Of a DNA stretch of 33,130 nt, positions 19,076 to 28,816 are shown in pieces. A model generated the notes under the pieces. The model did no database searches. It saw only the letters and a list, made by a program, of their open reading frames with translations, and was not told the DNA's origin. The stretch is taken from sequence record SRR31156797_2488; one strand, given 5' to 3'. The stretch's first letter is position 1, and every line of letters begins with the position of its first letter. Position numbers and translations under genes: made by a program.

Positions 19076-21394
19076 TTAGCGTTTTGCTTTCGCAAAAGCA
19101 TCGGCAAACGCGCTGTTAAAGGCGCCTCCGCCTTGAGGCTCATTACGACGCCCCTGATTCTGTTTACGAGGTGCTGAAGGTCGAGCTTGTGAGTTTCGTG
19201 CTGGGCGGCTTTCTTGCCCAGGCTCGTCGTTAAGGCGCATCGAAAGTGCAATACGTTTACGCTGTACATCCACTTCCATCACTTTCACTTTTACAATATC
19301 ACCCGCTTTCACCACTTCACGCGGATCTGAAACGAAACGGTCGGTAAGTGCTGAGATATGCACTAAGCCATCCTGATGGACGCCGATATCAACGAAAGCG
19401 CCAAAGTTAGCCACGTTAGACACTACGCCTTCTAGTACCATACCGGGTTCAAGATCGGAGACTTCCGTTACACCATCAGCGAACGTTGCCGTTTTAAATT
19501 CAGGGCGAGGGTCACGTCCTGGTTTATCCAGCTCTTTGATAATATCGGAAACGGTTGGAACACCGAAGTTGTCATCGGTGTAGTCAATCGCTTTAAGAGA
19601 TCCAAGAAACTCGGTGTTACCAATCAGAGTTTTAACTTGCTGGTTGTTCTTTTCCGCAATGCTTTTGACCACAGGGTAAGCTTCTGGGTGAACTGCAGAT
19701 GCATCAAGAGGGTTCTTACCACTCATGATACGAAGGAAGCCTGCACACTGTTCAAAAGCTTTTGGACCTAAACGCGCAACTTTCTTTAGCTCCGTACGAG
19801 CATTAAAACGTCCATTCTCATCACGGTAATCAACGATGTTCTGCGCGAGTGCCGTAGACAGACCCGCAACGCGAGTTAATAGCGCTGCTGAAGCGGTATT
19901 CACATCAACGCCAACCGCGTTTACACAGTCCTCGACAACGGCATCAAGACGTTTTGCCAGCAGAGATTGACTAACATCGTGTTGATATTGACCCACACCG
20001 ATAGATTTCGGGTCAATTTTCACTAGTTCCGCCAGAGGATCCTGTAAGCGACGAGCAATAGAAACTGCGCCACGTAAAGAAACATCCATAGTTGGAAACT
20101 CTTTCGCCGCCAGTTCGGATGCTGAATAAACCGATGCGCCCGCTTCGCTTACCATGATTTTCTGTACTTTCAGGTTGTCACGTTTCACCATGTCAGCAAC
20201 AAAAGTATCGGTTTCACGAGAAGCGGTACCATTACCAATCGCAATCAGATCAACGTTGTGCTTCTTAACCAGCGCTGAGACGGTCTGCATTGCTCGATCA
20301 TATTGGTTTTGTGGTTGATGCGGATAAATGGTGTCGGTTGCCAGCACTTTACCTGTTGAATCGACCACTGCGACTTTACAACCAGTACGCAAACCAGGGT
20401 CGAGACCCAAAGTGGCTCGTGGACCTGCTGGCGCAGCCATGAGTAAGTCTTTTAGGTTAGTAGCAAAAACGTCAATCGCTTCGATTTCTGAACGCTCTTT
20501 TAGCGCAGCCATTAACTCAGTTTCCATGTGCATAGAAACCTTGATGCGCCAAGCCCAGCTAATGACCTGCTTACGCCAAACGTCGGCAGGAGCCTGACTT
20601 AAGTGAATACCATAGTGCTCTCCAATAATGGTCTCACAGTGTGATTGACGAGCCGTTTCTTCCAGCTCAGGATCAGCGTTTAGAGCCAGAGTTAGGAAGC
20701 CTTCGTTGCGGCCGCGAAGCATCGCAAGGGCACGGTGTGAAGGGACTTTACTTACCGGCTCCTGATGCTCAAAGTAGTCTTTGAATTTTTCACCTTCGCG
20801 TTCTTTGCCAGCGACGACACGAGAAACCAGTTCCGCATTGCGAGTCAGGTGACGACGAATCTTCTCAAGTAAGTCTGCGTCTTCAGCAATACGCTCCATG
20901 ATGATAGCGCGAGCACCGTCCAGAGCGGCTTTAGTATCAGCAATGCCTTTGTCTGCTGAAACGTAATTTGCAGCTTCTGATTCAGGTTCGGTTTGCGGTT
21001 CATTCCAAAGCTTGTCTGCCAACGGCTCTAGACCGGCTTCGATAGCAATTTGCCCCTTAGTGCGGCGCTTTGGTTTGTATGGCAGATATAAATCTTCAAG
21101 GCGAGTTTTGCTGTCGGTCTCAGAAATGGCTTTTTCCAGCTCTGGTGTTAGCTTTCCTTGGTCTTGAATTGATTTCAGAATGGTTTGGCGACGATCGTCC
21201 AGCTCTCTTAGGTAGGAAAGACGACTGTCTAAATTACGCAGTTGGGTATCATCTAACCCGCCTGTGACTTCCTTACGGTATCGAGCGATAAAAGGAACAG
21301 TGTTGCCATCATCAATCAGTTTGACGGCGGAGATGACTTGCTCTGAGCGTACATTCAGCTCATTAGCAATCAGTTGACAGATAGCTTGGCTCAT
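19076..21394 (-). CDS. tex: Tex family transcription accessory / RNA-binding protein (YhgF)
   Basis: [16 protein letters not shown], YqgF-like [12 protein letters not shown], HhH region and C-terminal S1 domain. The likely start is ATG 21394 (MSQAICQ). Confidence 0.96.
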   Translation of the reverse strand: MSQAICQLIANELNVRSEQVISAVKLIDDGNTVPFIARYRKEVTGGLDDTQLRNLDSRLSYLRELDDRRQTILKSIQDQGKLTPELEKAISETDSKTRLEDLYLPYKPKRRTKGQIAIEAGLEPLADKLWNEPQTEPESEAANYVSADKGIADTKAALDGARAIIMERIAEDADLLEKIRRHLTRNAELVSRVVAGKEREGEKFKDYFEHQEPVSKVPSHRALAMLRGRNEGFLTLALNADPELEETARQSHCETIIGEHYGIHLSQAPADVWRKQVISWAWRIKVSMHMETELMAALKERSEIEAIDVFATNLKDLLMAAPAGPRATLGLDPGLRTGCKVAVVDSTGKVLATDTIYPHQPQNQYDRAMQTVSALVKKHNVDLIAIGNGTASRETDTFVADMVKRDNLKVQKIMVSEAGASVYSASELAAKEFPTMDVSLRGAVSIARRLQDPLAELVKIDPKSIGVGQYQHDVSQSLLAKRLDAVVEDCVNAVGVDVNTASAALLTRVAGLSTALAQNIVDYRDENGRFNARTELKKVARLGPKAFEQCAGFLRIMSGKNPLDASAVHPEAYPVVKSIAEKNNQQVKTLIGNTEFLGSLKAIDYTDDNFGVPTVSDIIKELDKPGRDPRPEFKTATFADGVTEVSDLEPGMVLEGVVSNVANFGAFVDIGVHQDGLVHISALTDRFVSDPREVVKAGDIVKVKVMEVDVQRKRIALSMRLNDEPGQESRPARNSQARPSAPRKQNQGRRNEPQGGGAFNSAFADAFAKAKR

Positions 21395-21428
21395 CCGTGG
21401 ATCTCTTTTCTTTGTTTGATTTGGTTTT

Positions 21429-21456
21429 ATATGGGGGCGCGAAGAGCGCTTTTCCA
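21429..21456 (-). promoter_or_regulatory. Putative sigma32 promoter of tex
   Basis: Minus strand TGGAAA-N14-CCCCATAT; the -10 element is a perfect match. Confidence 0.62.
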
Positions 21457-21466
21457 CTTAAGGTGT

Positions 21467-21943
21467 TTAGCTTTGATAACGAATGGCGTTTACAAACCAC
21501 TCTTTAGCACCTTCAGGAGTATGGACAACAAACTCTTCGTCGACCTCTTTTTTTAGTAATGCGCGTGCCATCGGAGAATCAATGGAAATATAACCTTTGG
21601 CATCGCCATAAATTTCATCAGGACCGACAATGCGGAAAGATTTGGTATCGCCGTTTTCATTTTCGATCTCAACCCAGGCACCGAAGAACACTTTGCCTTC
21701 TTGCTGTGGTGAATAATCGACAACTTTGACCTGTTCAAGACGTTTTCTTAAGTAACGAACTCTGCGGTCAATTTCGCGTAAACGCTTCTTATTGTATTGA
21801 TAATCAGCATTTTCACTGCGATCTCCCAAGCTTGCAGCCCAGGTGACTTTTTTAGTGACTTCAGGGCGTTCTTCGCGCCATAAATAATCCAGTTCTTTTT
21901 TCAGACGATCAAAGCCTTCACGTGTAATAAGGTTTGTCTTCAT
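21467..21943 (-). CDS. greB: Transcription elongation factor GreB
   Basis: WAASLGDRSENADYQYNKKRLREIDRR and ISIDSPMARALL. Confidence 0.98.
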   Translation of the reverse strand: MKTNLITREGFDRLKKELDYLWREERPEVTKKVTWAASLGDRSENADYQYNKKRLREIDRRVRYLRKRLEQVKVVDYSPQQEGKVFFGAWVEIENENGDTKSFRIVGPDEIYGDAKGYISIDSPMARALLKKEVDEEFVVHTPEGAKEWFVNAIRYQS

Positions 21944-22095
21944 ATTCCTGACTTATAGTAATTGCAACTGCTTGCTACATTAGCTAAAAAAGAAATAAAC
22001 GTTAACAATTCTTTGAATTACTTTCGTCAGAACGATGTTACATTTCACTATCCCAGAAATAGTTGGGGCTGAATAAAGAAATAGGTGGGACGTAA

Positions 22096-22818
22096 ATGCA
22101 AGAAAACTTTAAAGTGTTAGTGGTCGATGACGACGCACGTCTGCGTGCTTTATTGGAGCGTTACCTTTCGGAACAAGGGTTCCAAGTACGAAGTGTCGCG
22201 AACAGTGAGCAAATGGACCGCCTATTAACTCGTGAAACTTTCCACATCATGGTGCTGGATCTTATGTTGCCGGGTGAAGATGGCTTATCGATTTGCCGCC
22301 GCCTGCGTAACGCCAACAACATGATCCCAATTCTGATGCTGACAGCCAAAGGTGATGAGATCGATCGCATTGTTGGTTTGGAAGTAGGTGCGGATGATTA
22401 CCTGACTAAGCCTTTTAACCCACGTGAACTGCTAGCACGACTTAAAGCGGTATTGCGTCGCCAGACTATTGAAGCGCCGGGAGCGCCAAGTTCTGAAGAA
22501 TCTTTGGTTGAGTTCGGTGAGTTTCGTTTGAACTTGGGTACACGTGAAATGTTCCGTGGTGAAGAGCCAATGCCTCTGACTTCTGGTGAATTCGCAGTAC
22601 TAAAAGCATTAGTTCAGAATGCTCGTGAGCCGCTTTCTCGTGATAAATTAATGAACATGGCTCGTGGACGTGAATATTCAGCGATGGAACGTTCTATCGA
22701 TGTGCAAATTTCCCGTTTACGCCGTATGCTGGAAATAGACCCAAGCAAACCTCGTTACATTCAAACCGTATGGGGTTTAGGTTATGTGTTCGTTCCGGAC
22801 GGTAAGCTAAATAGCTAA
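22096..22818 (+). CDS. ompR: Two-component response regulator OmpR
   Basis: [21 protein letters not shown] (phospho-Asp) and winged helix [11 protein letters not shown]. Confidence 0.98.
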   Translation: MQENFKVLVVDDDARLRALLERYLSEQGFQVRSVANSEQMDRLLTRETFHIMVLDLMLPGEDGLSICRRLRNANNMIPILMLTAKGDEIDRIVGLEVGADDYLTKPFNPRELLARLKAVLRRQTIEAPGAPSSEESLVEFGEFRLNLGTREMFRGEEPMPLTSGEFAVLKALVQNAREPLSRDKLMNMARGREYSAMERSIDVQISRLRRMLEIDPSKPRYIQTVWGLGYVFVPDGKLNS

Positions 22819-22904
22819 TCATTGCTCTAGGCACGCGTCGGCTGATTAGAATAGGTGGCGCGTGTAGCCTCTGTTCTTCGTGTGCGTATAAACAGAGGTA
22901 TTCC

Positions 22905-24209
22905 ATGCGTATTCGCAGCTCCTTTACTCAATCCATCATTATTTTTCTTACTCTGCTAATCGCCAGTCAGGTGTATTCGTACTACGCGGTATTTAATTAC
23001 GCCTTGATGCCCAGCCTTCAACAGTTCAACAAAATTCTTAGTCACGAAATTAACCTGATGCTCGATGATACGGTGAATCAGGAAAACGGCATGCCGATGG
23101 ATGCACTGCTGCGTCGTCGGGTGTTGGAGCAGCTAGGTGTTACCATCCACAGTGAAGATAGTCCTATTGCCGAGGAGTATGAACACGCAGTGAGTATTGA
23201 CCTCATGAGTGAAGACATGAGTGTTGAGCTGGGCTCACCCACCGATGTGCGGATGATGCTGGGTGAAGAAAGCTATATCCTGTGGATGAAAACAGAAGCG
23301 CTGCCGGGACAACTGCTACGTATCCCACTTTCGGCGTTGCAGGAAGAAGATTTTGCGCCTCTTTTCCGTAACAGCATCATTATGGCGCTGATGATTATCT
23401 TTGGTGGTTGGCTGTTTATTCGTATGCAAAACCGCCCGCTGATCGCGCTAGAGAAAGTCGCAAAAGCCGTGGGGCGAGGAGAAGTCCCTCCACCGTTGCC
23501 AGAACGAGGCGCTTCGGAAATTCGCTCGGTAACACGTGCTTTTAACCAGATGTCGAAGGGTATTCAGGCATTGGAAGAAGATAGAGCATTGCTTATGGCG
23601 GGTATCAGCCATGATTTAAGAACTCCGCTAACTCGAATTCGTCTCGCGACAGAAATGATGTCACCGGAGGAGAGCTATCTTGCAGAAGGGATTATCAGCG
23701 ATACCGAAGAGTGTAATGAGATCATCAGTCAGTTCATGGATTACTTAAAGCCGGTGAACAAAGAGACCTTTGAGCAGGTCAACATCAACGACATCGCTAA
23801 AGACGTGGCCAGTTCAGAAGGTGGTTATGAAGTGCAGATCGAAGTGGATTTGCATAAAGGCGAAGCCAGTGCGTTTGGTAACCCCATCGCGGTTAAACGC
23901 GCGATAAGTAACCTTGTGGTTAACGCTGTACGCTATGGTGAAGGATGGGTAAAGGTAACCTCTGGTGTGACCGCTGACAGTAAGATGGTTTGGGTTTGCG
24001 TGGAAGATAATGGTCCAGGGATTGAATCGAGTCAGATTAGTAAACTGTTCGAACCTTTCACTCGTGGAGACACAGCCCGTGGAAGTGAAGGTACAGGGTT
24101 AGGGTTGGCCATAGTGAAGCGAATTGTTAATCAGCACAGTGGGTCTGTGATGGTGAGCAATCGAAGTGAAGGCGGTTTACGCGCACAAATTAGCTTCCCT
24201 ACTAAATAA
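22905..24209 (+). CDS. envZ: Sensor histidine kinase EnvZ
   Basis: Two TM segments, HAMP domain, H-box [17 protein letters not shown] and G-box GTGLGLAIV. Confidence 0.97.
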   Translation: MRIRSSFTQSIIIFLTLLIASQVYSYYAVFNYALMPSLQQFNKILSHEINLMLDDTVNQENGMPMDALLRRRVLEQLGVTIHSEDSPIAEEYEHAVSIDLMSEDMSVELGSPTDVRMMLGEESYILWMKTEALPGQLLRIPLSALQEEDFAPLFRNSIIMALMIIFGGWLFIRMQNRPLIALEKVAKAVGRGEVPPPLPERGASEIRSVTRAFNQMSKGIQALEEDRALLMAGISHDLRTPLTRIRLATEMMSPEESYLAEGIISDTEECNEIISQFMDYLKPVNKETFEQVNINDIAKDVASSEGGYEVQIEVDLHKGEASAFGNPIAVKRAISNLVVNAVRYGEGWVKVTSGVTADSKMVWVCVEDNGPGIESSQISKLFEPFTRGDTARGSEGTGLGLAIVKRIVNQHSGSVMVSNRSEGGLRAQISFPTK

Positions 24210-24218
24210 TCGACCAAC

Positions 24219-24250
24219 ACAAAAAAGCTCGCGTTAGCGAGCTTTTTTGT
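24219..24250. terminator. Bidirectional terminator between envZ and the permease gene
   Basis: ACAAAAAAGCTCGC-GTTA-GCGAGCTTTTTTGT. Confidence 0.92.
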
Positions 24251-24259
24251 TGAATAGGA

Positions 24260-25660
24260 TTAAGAATCCGTCGCTTGTTCTAACACTTGCTCTGACTCTT
24301 CTTCGCGCTTCGCTTCAGGAAGTAGTAGGTTAAGGATAAGCGCGGTAATACCGCCAGCCGCTACACCCGTTGAGAAAATACTTTTCACAAAATCAGGCAT
24401 AAATTGCAGAATTTCTGGTTTCTGCGCAATGCCTAAGCCCATTGAGAATGACAGCGCCATGATCAGAATGGCGCGACGATCCAAATCAACACGAGAAATA
24501 ATACGGATACCTGCCGCAGCGATAGTACCGAACATCACGATTGTTGCGCCACCCAGTACTGGCTCAGGAATCAGTTGAACAAAGCTGGCGACGCCCGGGA
24601 ATAACCCCAAAAGGATCAGCATCGCGGAAATGAAGTAACCCACATAACGGCTGGCAACACCTGTTAGCAGAATGACTCCATTGTTCTGACTGAAGGTAGA
24701 GTTAGGGAAGCTATTGAACACAGCAGCCAAAGCGGAGTTGATGCCATCCGCCAATACACCACCTTTAATACGTTTCATGTAAACAGGACCTTTGACTGGC
24801 TCGCCTGAAACTTCAGATGTTGCAGTGATATCGCCGATCGCTTCCAGTGCGGTAATCAAGAAAATCAGAACCAGAGGAATGAACAGTGACCAGTCAAAAC
24901 CTAAGCCATACTGCATCGGTGTCGGAAGGGCTATCAGCGGAGCATCACTCATCTTGCTGGTATCAACCATACCCATAAAGTTCGCCATTACCACACCGAC
25001 AAACATCGCGATGACAATAGAAGCAACGCGAATATACGGGTTACGAGAGCGGTTCAATAGAATGATGATGGCTAAAACAGTGCCTGCCAAAGCCAGTTTA
25101 TCGAGGCTACCGAATGTACCGTCACCCATTGCAGCGTAACCGCCACCCATAGAGACTAAGCCAACTTGGATCAGAGTCAGGCCAATCAGTGTTACCACGA
25201 TGCCTGATACGAGTGGAGTGATCACTCGTTGAGCAAACTCCAGCACGCGTGAAAGAAGAATTTCAGCGAAAGATGCCACTAAAATAGTACCGAAAATAGC
25301 AGCCATCATGGTTTGAATGTCTGCTCCGCCAGCTTTCAGTGCTAAACCTGCACCAATAATTGGACCAAGGAAGTTGAAGCTGGTGCCTTGAATCGAGAGT
25401 AAGCCTGAACCGATAGGCCCAATAGTACGAATCTGGATAAACGATGAAATACCAGAAGCAAACAGTGACATGCTGATAATCGTATTGGTTTCAGCTGCGG
25501 GTACGCCCAAACTTTGGCAAATAATAAGGGATGGCGTAATTACAGCGACAAACATCGCCAAAAGGTGCTGAAGTGCAGCAAAAAAAGTTTGTGGCAGAGG
25601 TGGTCTGTCATTGAGTTGATAGACGAGATCGGACTTGCGAGCCGCTTTTTCGGTTGTCAT
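24260..25660 (-). CDS. xanP: NCS2/NAT family xanthine permease (XanP-like)
   Basis: ALQHLLAMF and NAT signature [12 protein letters not shown] (xanthine-type QN). It lies downstream of recG, near the E. coli xanP position. ATG 25660 has SD AGGA. Confidence 0.85.
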   Translation of the reverse strand: MTTEKAARKSDLVYQLNDRPPLPQTFFAALQHLLAMFVAVITPSLIICQSLGVPAAETNTIISMSLFASGISSFIQIRTIGPIGSGLLSIQGTSFNFLGPIIGAGLALKAGGADIQTMMAAIFGTILVASFAEILLSRVLEFAQRVITPLVSGIVVTLIGLTLIQVGLVSMGGGYAAMGDGTFGSLDKLALAGTVLAIIILLNRSRNPYIRVASIVIAMFVGVVMANFMGMVDTSKMSDAPLIALPTPMQYGLGFDWSLFIPLVLIFLITALEAIGDITATSEVSGEPVKGPVYMKRIKGGVLADGINSALAAVFNSFPNSTFSQNNGVILLTGVASRYVGYFISAMLILLGLFPGVASFVQLIPEPVLGGATIVMFGTIAAAGIRIISRVDLDRRAILIMALSFSMGLGIAQKPEILQFMPDFVKSIFSTGVAAGGITALILNLLLPEAKREEESEQVLEQATDS

Positions 25661-25801
25661 GTTTGTTTTCCTAATTGAGTGATTCACAGAGATGCGCTGA
25701 ATGGGCATACACTGCGGAGCAGAAATGTTGTCTGTGATTGCTGTTAATCAGAATCTGCTCTGGTCTTACTTTGCTTTACCGTACAAGGTAAATTTTCGGC
25801 G

Positions 25802-25840
25802 ATTATAGAGTAACCGAACTAAAAAGCAAACGTTTGCTTT
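25802..25840 (-). promoter_or_regulatory. PurR operator overlapping the -35 of the permease promoter
   Basis: Perfect palindrome AAAGCAAACGTTTGCTTT (25823-25840) matches the PurR box. The minus strand reads TTGCTT-N16-TATAAT. Confidence 0.85.
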
Positions 25841-25883
25841 AATTTGGTGCAAAAAACAAAATCATTGTTGATCTGGAGGTGGT

Positions 25884-27962
25884 TTAAGCTTTTGCGTAGA
25901 CGTCCCGTTCGCCTAACCAGCGGTCAATAATAGCACTGGCATTGGAAGGGAAGTTGTCGTGAATGTGTCTGGCTATACGCTGAACTTCAGCGACTAAGCG
26001 TTGATCTCGCACTAAGTCAGCAATTTTAAAGTCGGCTAAACCGGTTTGTTTGGTTCCTAGTAGTTCACCGGGGCCACGTATCTCTAAATCACGCTGGGCG
26101 ATAATAAAGCCATCGTTACTTTCGCGTAATACCCCAAGGCGCTTCTGTGCGGTTTTTGAAAGCGGAGAGTGATATAGAAGGACGCAATGGCTGGCTACTG
26201 ACCCTCGGCCAACACGGCCACGAAGCTGGTGGAGTTGGGCTAAACCCAGACGTTCCGGATTTTCAATGATCATTAAGCTTGAGTTCGGTACATCAACCCC
26301 AACTTCGATAACGGTTGTCGCAACAAGCAGATGCAATTCATTGTTTTTGAAAGCCTGCATCACCTGTTGTTTTTCAGCTGGCTTCATTCTGCCGTGAACC
26401 AAACCTATTTTCACATCCGGCAGTTTTCTCTGCAGCTCTTCTGCCGTGTCGGCAGCAGCTTGCGCTTCCAGCACTTCGGATTCATCAATCAGGGTACAAA
26501 CCCAATACGCCTGCTTACCTTCATTGAGACAAGCATTACGCACGCGCTCAACAATATCATCACGCTTGGTATCAGGAATAGCGACGGTTTGAATCGGAGT
26601 CCTGCCCGGCGGTAGTTCATCGATGATAGACGTTTCTAAATCGGCATAAGCTGTCATTGCCAGTGTGCGAGGGATCGGTGTTGCCGTCATAATTAACTGA
26701 TGAGGGTAAGTACCTTGTTTCGCCCCTTTTTCGCGTAGTTCTAGACGCTGGTGGACACCAAAACGGTGCTGCTCATCAATGATAACCAATGCGAGGTGGT
26801 CAAAGGCGACGTGTTCCTGAAACAGTGCGTGAGTGCCCACTACCATTTTGACTTCACCGCTGGCGATACGTGCTAATTCTGCCTCTTTGGCTTTACCTTT
26901 CAGTTTTCCTGCTAGCCAGCCTACTTTAATTCCCATGGTTTCAAACCACTGACTAAAGTTAAGAGCATGTTGCTCTGCCAACAGTTCGGTTGGTGCCATA
27001 AGCGCGACTTGATAGCCGTTTTCAATTGCTCGTGCAGCGGCTAATGCCGCAACTAAGGTTTTACCGGAGCCAACATCCCCCTGAACTAAGCGCATCATAG
27101 GATGTGATTTTTCCAGATCTTCCTCAATTTCTTTGACCACACGCGCTTGCGCATTGGTCGGAGAGAAAGGTAGCTGGGCTAATAGTTGCTGTTTTAGTGT
27201 ATCAGCCCCTTTAAGCGGTAAAGCGACATCCTGCTGACCCTTGCTTCGCACAGCGAGCATTGAAAGGTTTTGTGCCAGCAGTTCTTCGATAATCAGGCGT
27301 ATTTGAGCCGGATGTTTTCCTTCATCAAACAGTGATAAGTCGATATTTGGTGGCGGACGATGAATGGTATGCAGTGCTTGCGACAGTGTGATTTGGTGAT
27401 CGTAAAGACCAGCCGGTAAAAGTTCCTGAACGGCGGTTTTGTCTAACAGTGAAAGTGCCTGATCGGTTAGGTTACGTAGCGTGAGCTGGCGCAGACCATC
27501 CGTGGTTGGATAAACTGGAGTCAGGCTGGCTTCCACATCTGGCTTTTGTTCAGGAAAATAGAACTTGTAGTCTGGGTGGATAATTTCCAACCCGGTATTG
27601 CCACGCTTAATTTCACCGTAAGCGTGCACTAACTTACCTTCAGTGAAATTATTTTTAATCCCTGCGGTAAAGTTGAAAAAACGCAGAGTCAGCGTACCGT
27701 TTCCGTCGCTAATTTTTACTGTCAGCATTTTACGGCGGCCGAAGGTGGTATCCACCGCCATGACTTTACCTTGCACCGCAGCCCAAAGGCCCGGATGCAG
27801 TTTTACGATAGGGTAGACGCGGGTGCGATCTTCATAGCGCAAAGGTAAGTGGAACAATAAGTCCTGTACAGTGATAAGCCCAACTTTTTCCAGTTTTTCG
27901 GCCACTTTGGCCCCTACACCTGAGAGTGAGGTTAATTGAATTGCTGATAGAAGCTGGGACAT
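25884..27962 (-). CDS. recG: ATP-dependent DNA helicase RecG
   Basis: QGDVGSGKT, DEQH, MTATPIPRT and QLRGRVGRG. ATG 27962 is preferred over TTG 27968. Confidence 0.98.
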   Translation of the reverse strand: MSQLLSAIQLTSLSGVGAKVAEKLEKVGLITVQDLLFHLPLRYEDRTRVYPIVKLHPGLWAAVQGKVMAVDTTFGRRKMLTVKISDGNGTLTLRFFNFTAGIKNNFTEGKLVHAYGEIKRGNTGLEIIHPDYKFYFPEQKPDVEASLTPVYPTTDGLRQLTLRNLTDQALSLLDKTAVQELLPAGLYDHQITLSQALHTIHRPPPNIDLSLFDEGKHPAQIRLIIEELLAQNLSMLAVRSKGQQDVALPLKGADTLKQQLLAQLPFSPTNAQARVVKEIEEDLEKSHPMMRLVQGDVGSGKTLVAALAAARAIENGYQVALMAPTELLAEQHALNFSQWFETMGIKVGWLAGKLKGKAKEAELARIASGEVKMVVGTHALFQEHVAFDHLALVIIDEQHRFGVHQRLELREKGAKQGTYPHQLIMTATPIPRTLAMTAYADLETSIIDELPPGRTPIQTVAIPDTKRDDIVERVRNACLNEGKQAYWVCTLIDESEVLEAQAAADTAEELQRKLPDVKIGLVHGRMKPAEKQQVMQAFKNNELHLLVATTVIEVGVDVPNSSLMIIENPERLGLAQLHQLRGRVGRGSVASHCVLLYHSPLSKTAQKRLGVLRESNDGFIIAQRDLEIRGPGELLGTKQTGLADFKIADLVRDQRLVAEVQRIARHIHDNFPSNASAIIDRWLGERDVYAKA

Positions 27963-28008
27963 AATCAACCATTTAGCTGTTTGGAATAAGGGTTATTCAA
28001 ACATTAAG

Positions 28009-28024
28009 CTGTGTTTTTGTACAG
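28009..28024. promoter_or_regulatory. LexA (SOS) box upstream of recG
   Basis: CTGT-GTTTTTGT-ACAG fits CTGT-N8-ACAG exactly. Confidence 0.75.
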
Positions 28025-28029
28025 GGGAA

Positions 28030-28716
28030 TTATTTGCTTTGCATCGCTTTCCACCAAGAATCATCCGCCACAATTTGGCCTTCATCATCAAGTTGTGGAT
28101 AAGGCAGTTTTTTACGTTTTGCGACTTTAGCTAACACAGGGTGACCACGTTCGAAAAGAATACGGTTAATCGTTTCTTCGGGAAGTTGGCTTTTTTCCTG
28201 TTGGTACATACCGGCGGCTTGGCGCTGACGTTGCGCTTCGTACATGATCAGTGCACTGGCCACTGACACATTTAAAGACTGAACCATACCGATCATAGGG
28301 ATCACGATGTCCTGATCAGCCAGTTCTAGAGCTTGTTTTGAAATACCCACCTTTTCACTGCCAACGATGATTGCTGTTGGCTTAGTGTAGTCAATTTCAC
28401 GAAAGTCGACCGCAGTTTCCGATAAGTTCGTTACCAATACCTGCATGTTTTGTTCTTTTAGCGCCTTTACCGCATCTTGGATGTTGTCGTGAGTATCAAC
28501 TTCAACCCAGTTACGCGCACCAGCAGAAGTGTGGCCCAAGGTACGCATTTGTTTGTTTGGCCATACTGCATGAATTTTATGCAGACCAATGGCATCAGCA
28601 GTACGTATTACGGCAGATACGTTATTAGGTTTGTGTACTTCTTCGAGACAGACAGTTAAATCTGGTTGGCGTGCTTTTAGTACTTGTTGAATGCGGGTGT
28701 AACGTTCTAAATTCAT
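28030..28716 (-). CDS. trmH: tRNA (guanosine-18-2'-O)-methyltransferase
   Basis: SPOUT motifs HKPNNVSAVIRTADA, GSEKVG and IPMIGMVQSLNVSVA. Confidence 0.97.
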   Translation of the reverse strand: MNLERYTRIQQVLKARQPDLTVCLEEVHKPNNVSAVIRTADAIGLHKIHAVWPNKQMRTLGHTSAGARNWVEVDTHDNIQDAVKALKEQNMQVLVTNLSETAVDFREIDYTKPTAIIVGSEKVGISKQALELADQDIVIPMIGMVQSLNVSVASALIMYEAQRQRQAAGMYQQEKSQLPEETINRILFERGHPVLAKVAKRKKLPYPQLDDEGQIVADDSWWKAMQSK

Positions 28717-28760
28717 AACGGTTTTTCTTGTTAATACAGTGCAGTGATGACACTACAAAT

Positions 28761-28791
28761 AAAAAGCCCTTGATAGGCACTATCAAGGGCT
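28761..28791 (-). terminator. Intrinsic terminator after spoT
   Basis: 12-bp stem AGCCCTTGATAG-GCA-CTATCAAGGGCT followed by a T-run on the minus strand. Confidence 0.85.
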
Positions 28792-28816
28792 ACATCCTTC
28801 AGCCTAAGTCTGAAAC

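Noticed and set aside
21395..21457. Track N-terminal extension of tex (similar extensions in epsG, epsI, epsK, the permease and rpoZ)
   Set aside because: Family N-termini and SD positions favour the downstream ATGs.
22000..22050. OmpR- or ArcA-like half-sites (GTTAAC, ATTACTTTCG, GTTACATTTC) upstream of ompR
   Set aside because: They are degenerate matches in AT-rich DNA with no clean adjacent tandem pair.
25661..25797. Canonical purine (guanine/adenine) riboswitch before the permease
   Set aside because: The conserved core (UAUAAU..AUAUGG..GUUUCUACC) is absent. It is kept only as an unknown structured leader.
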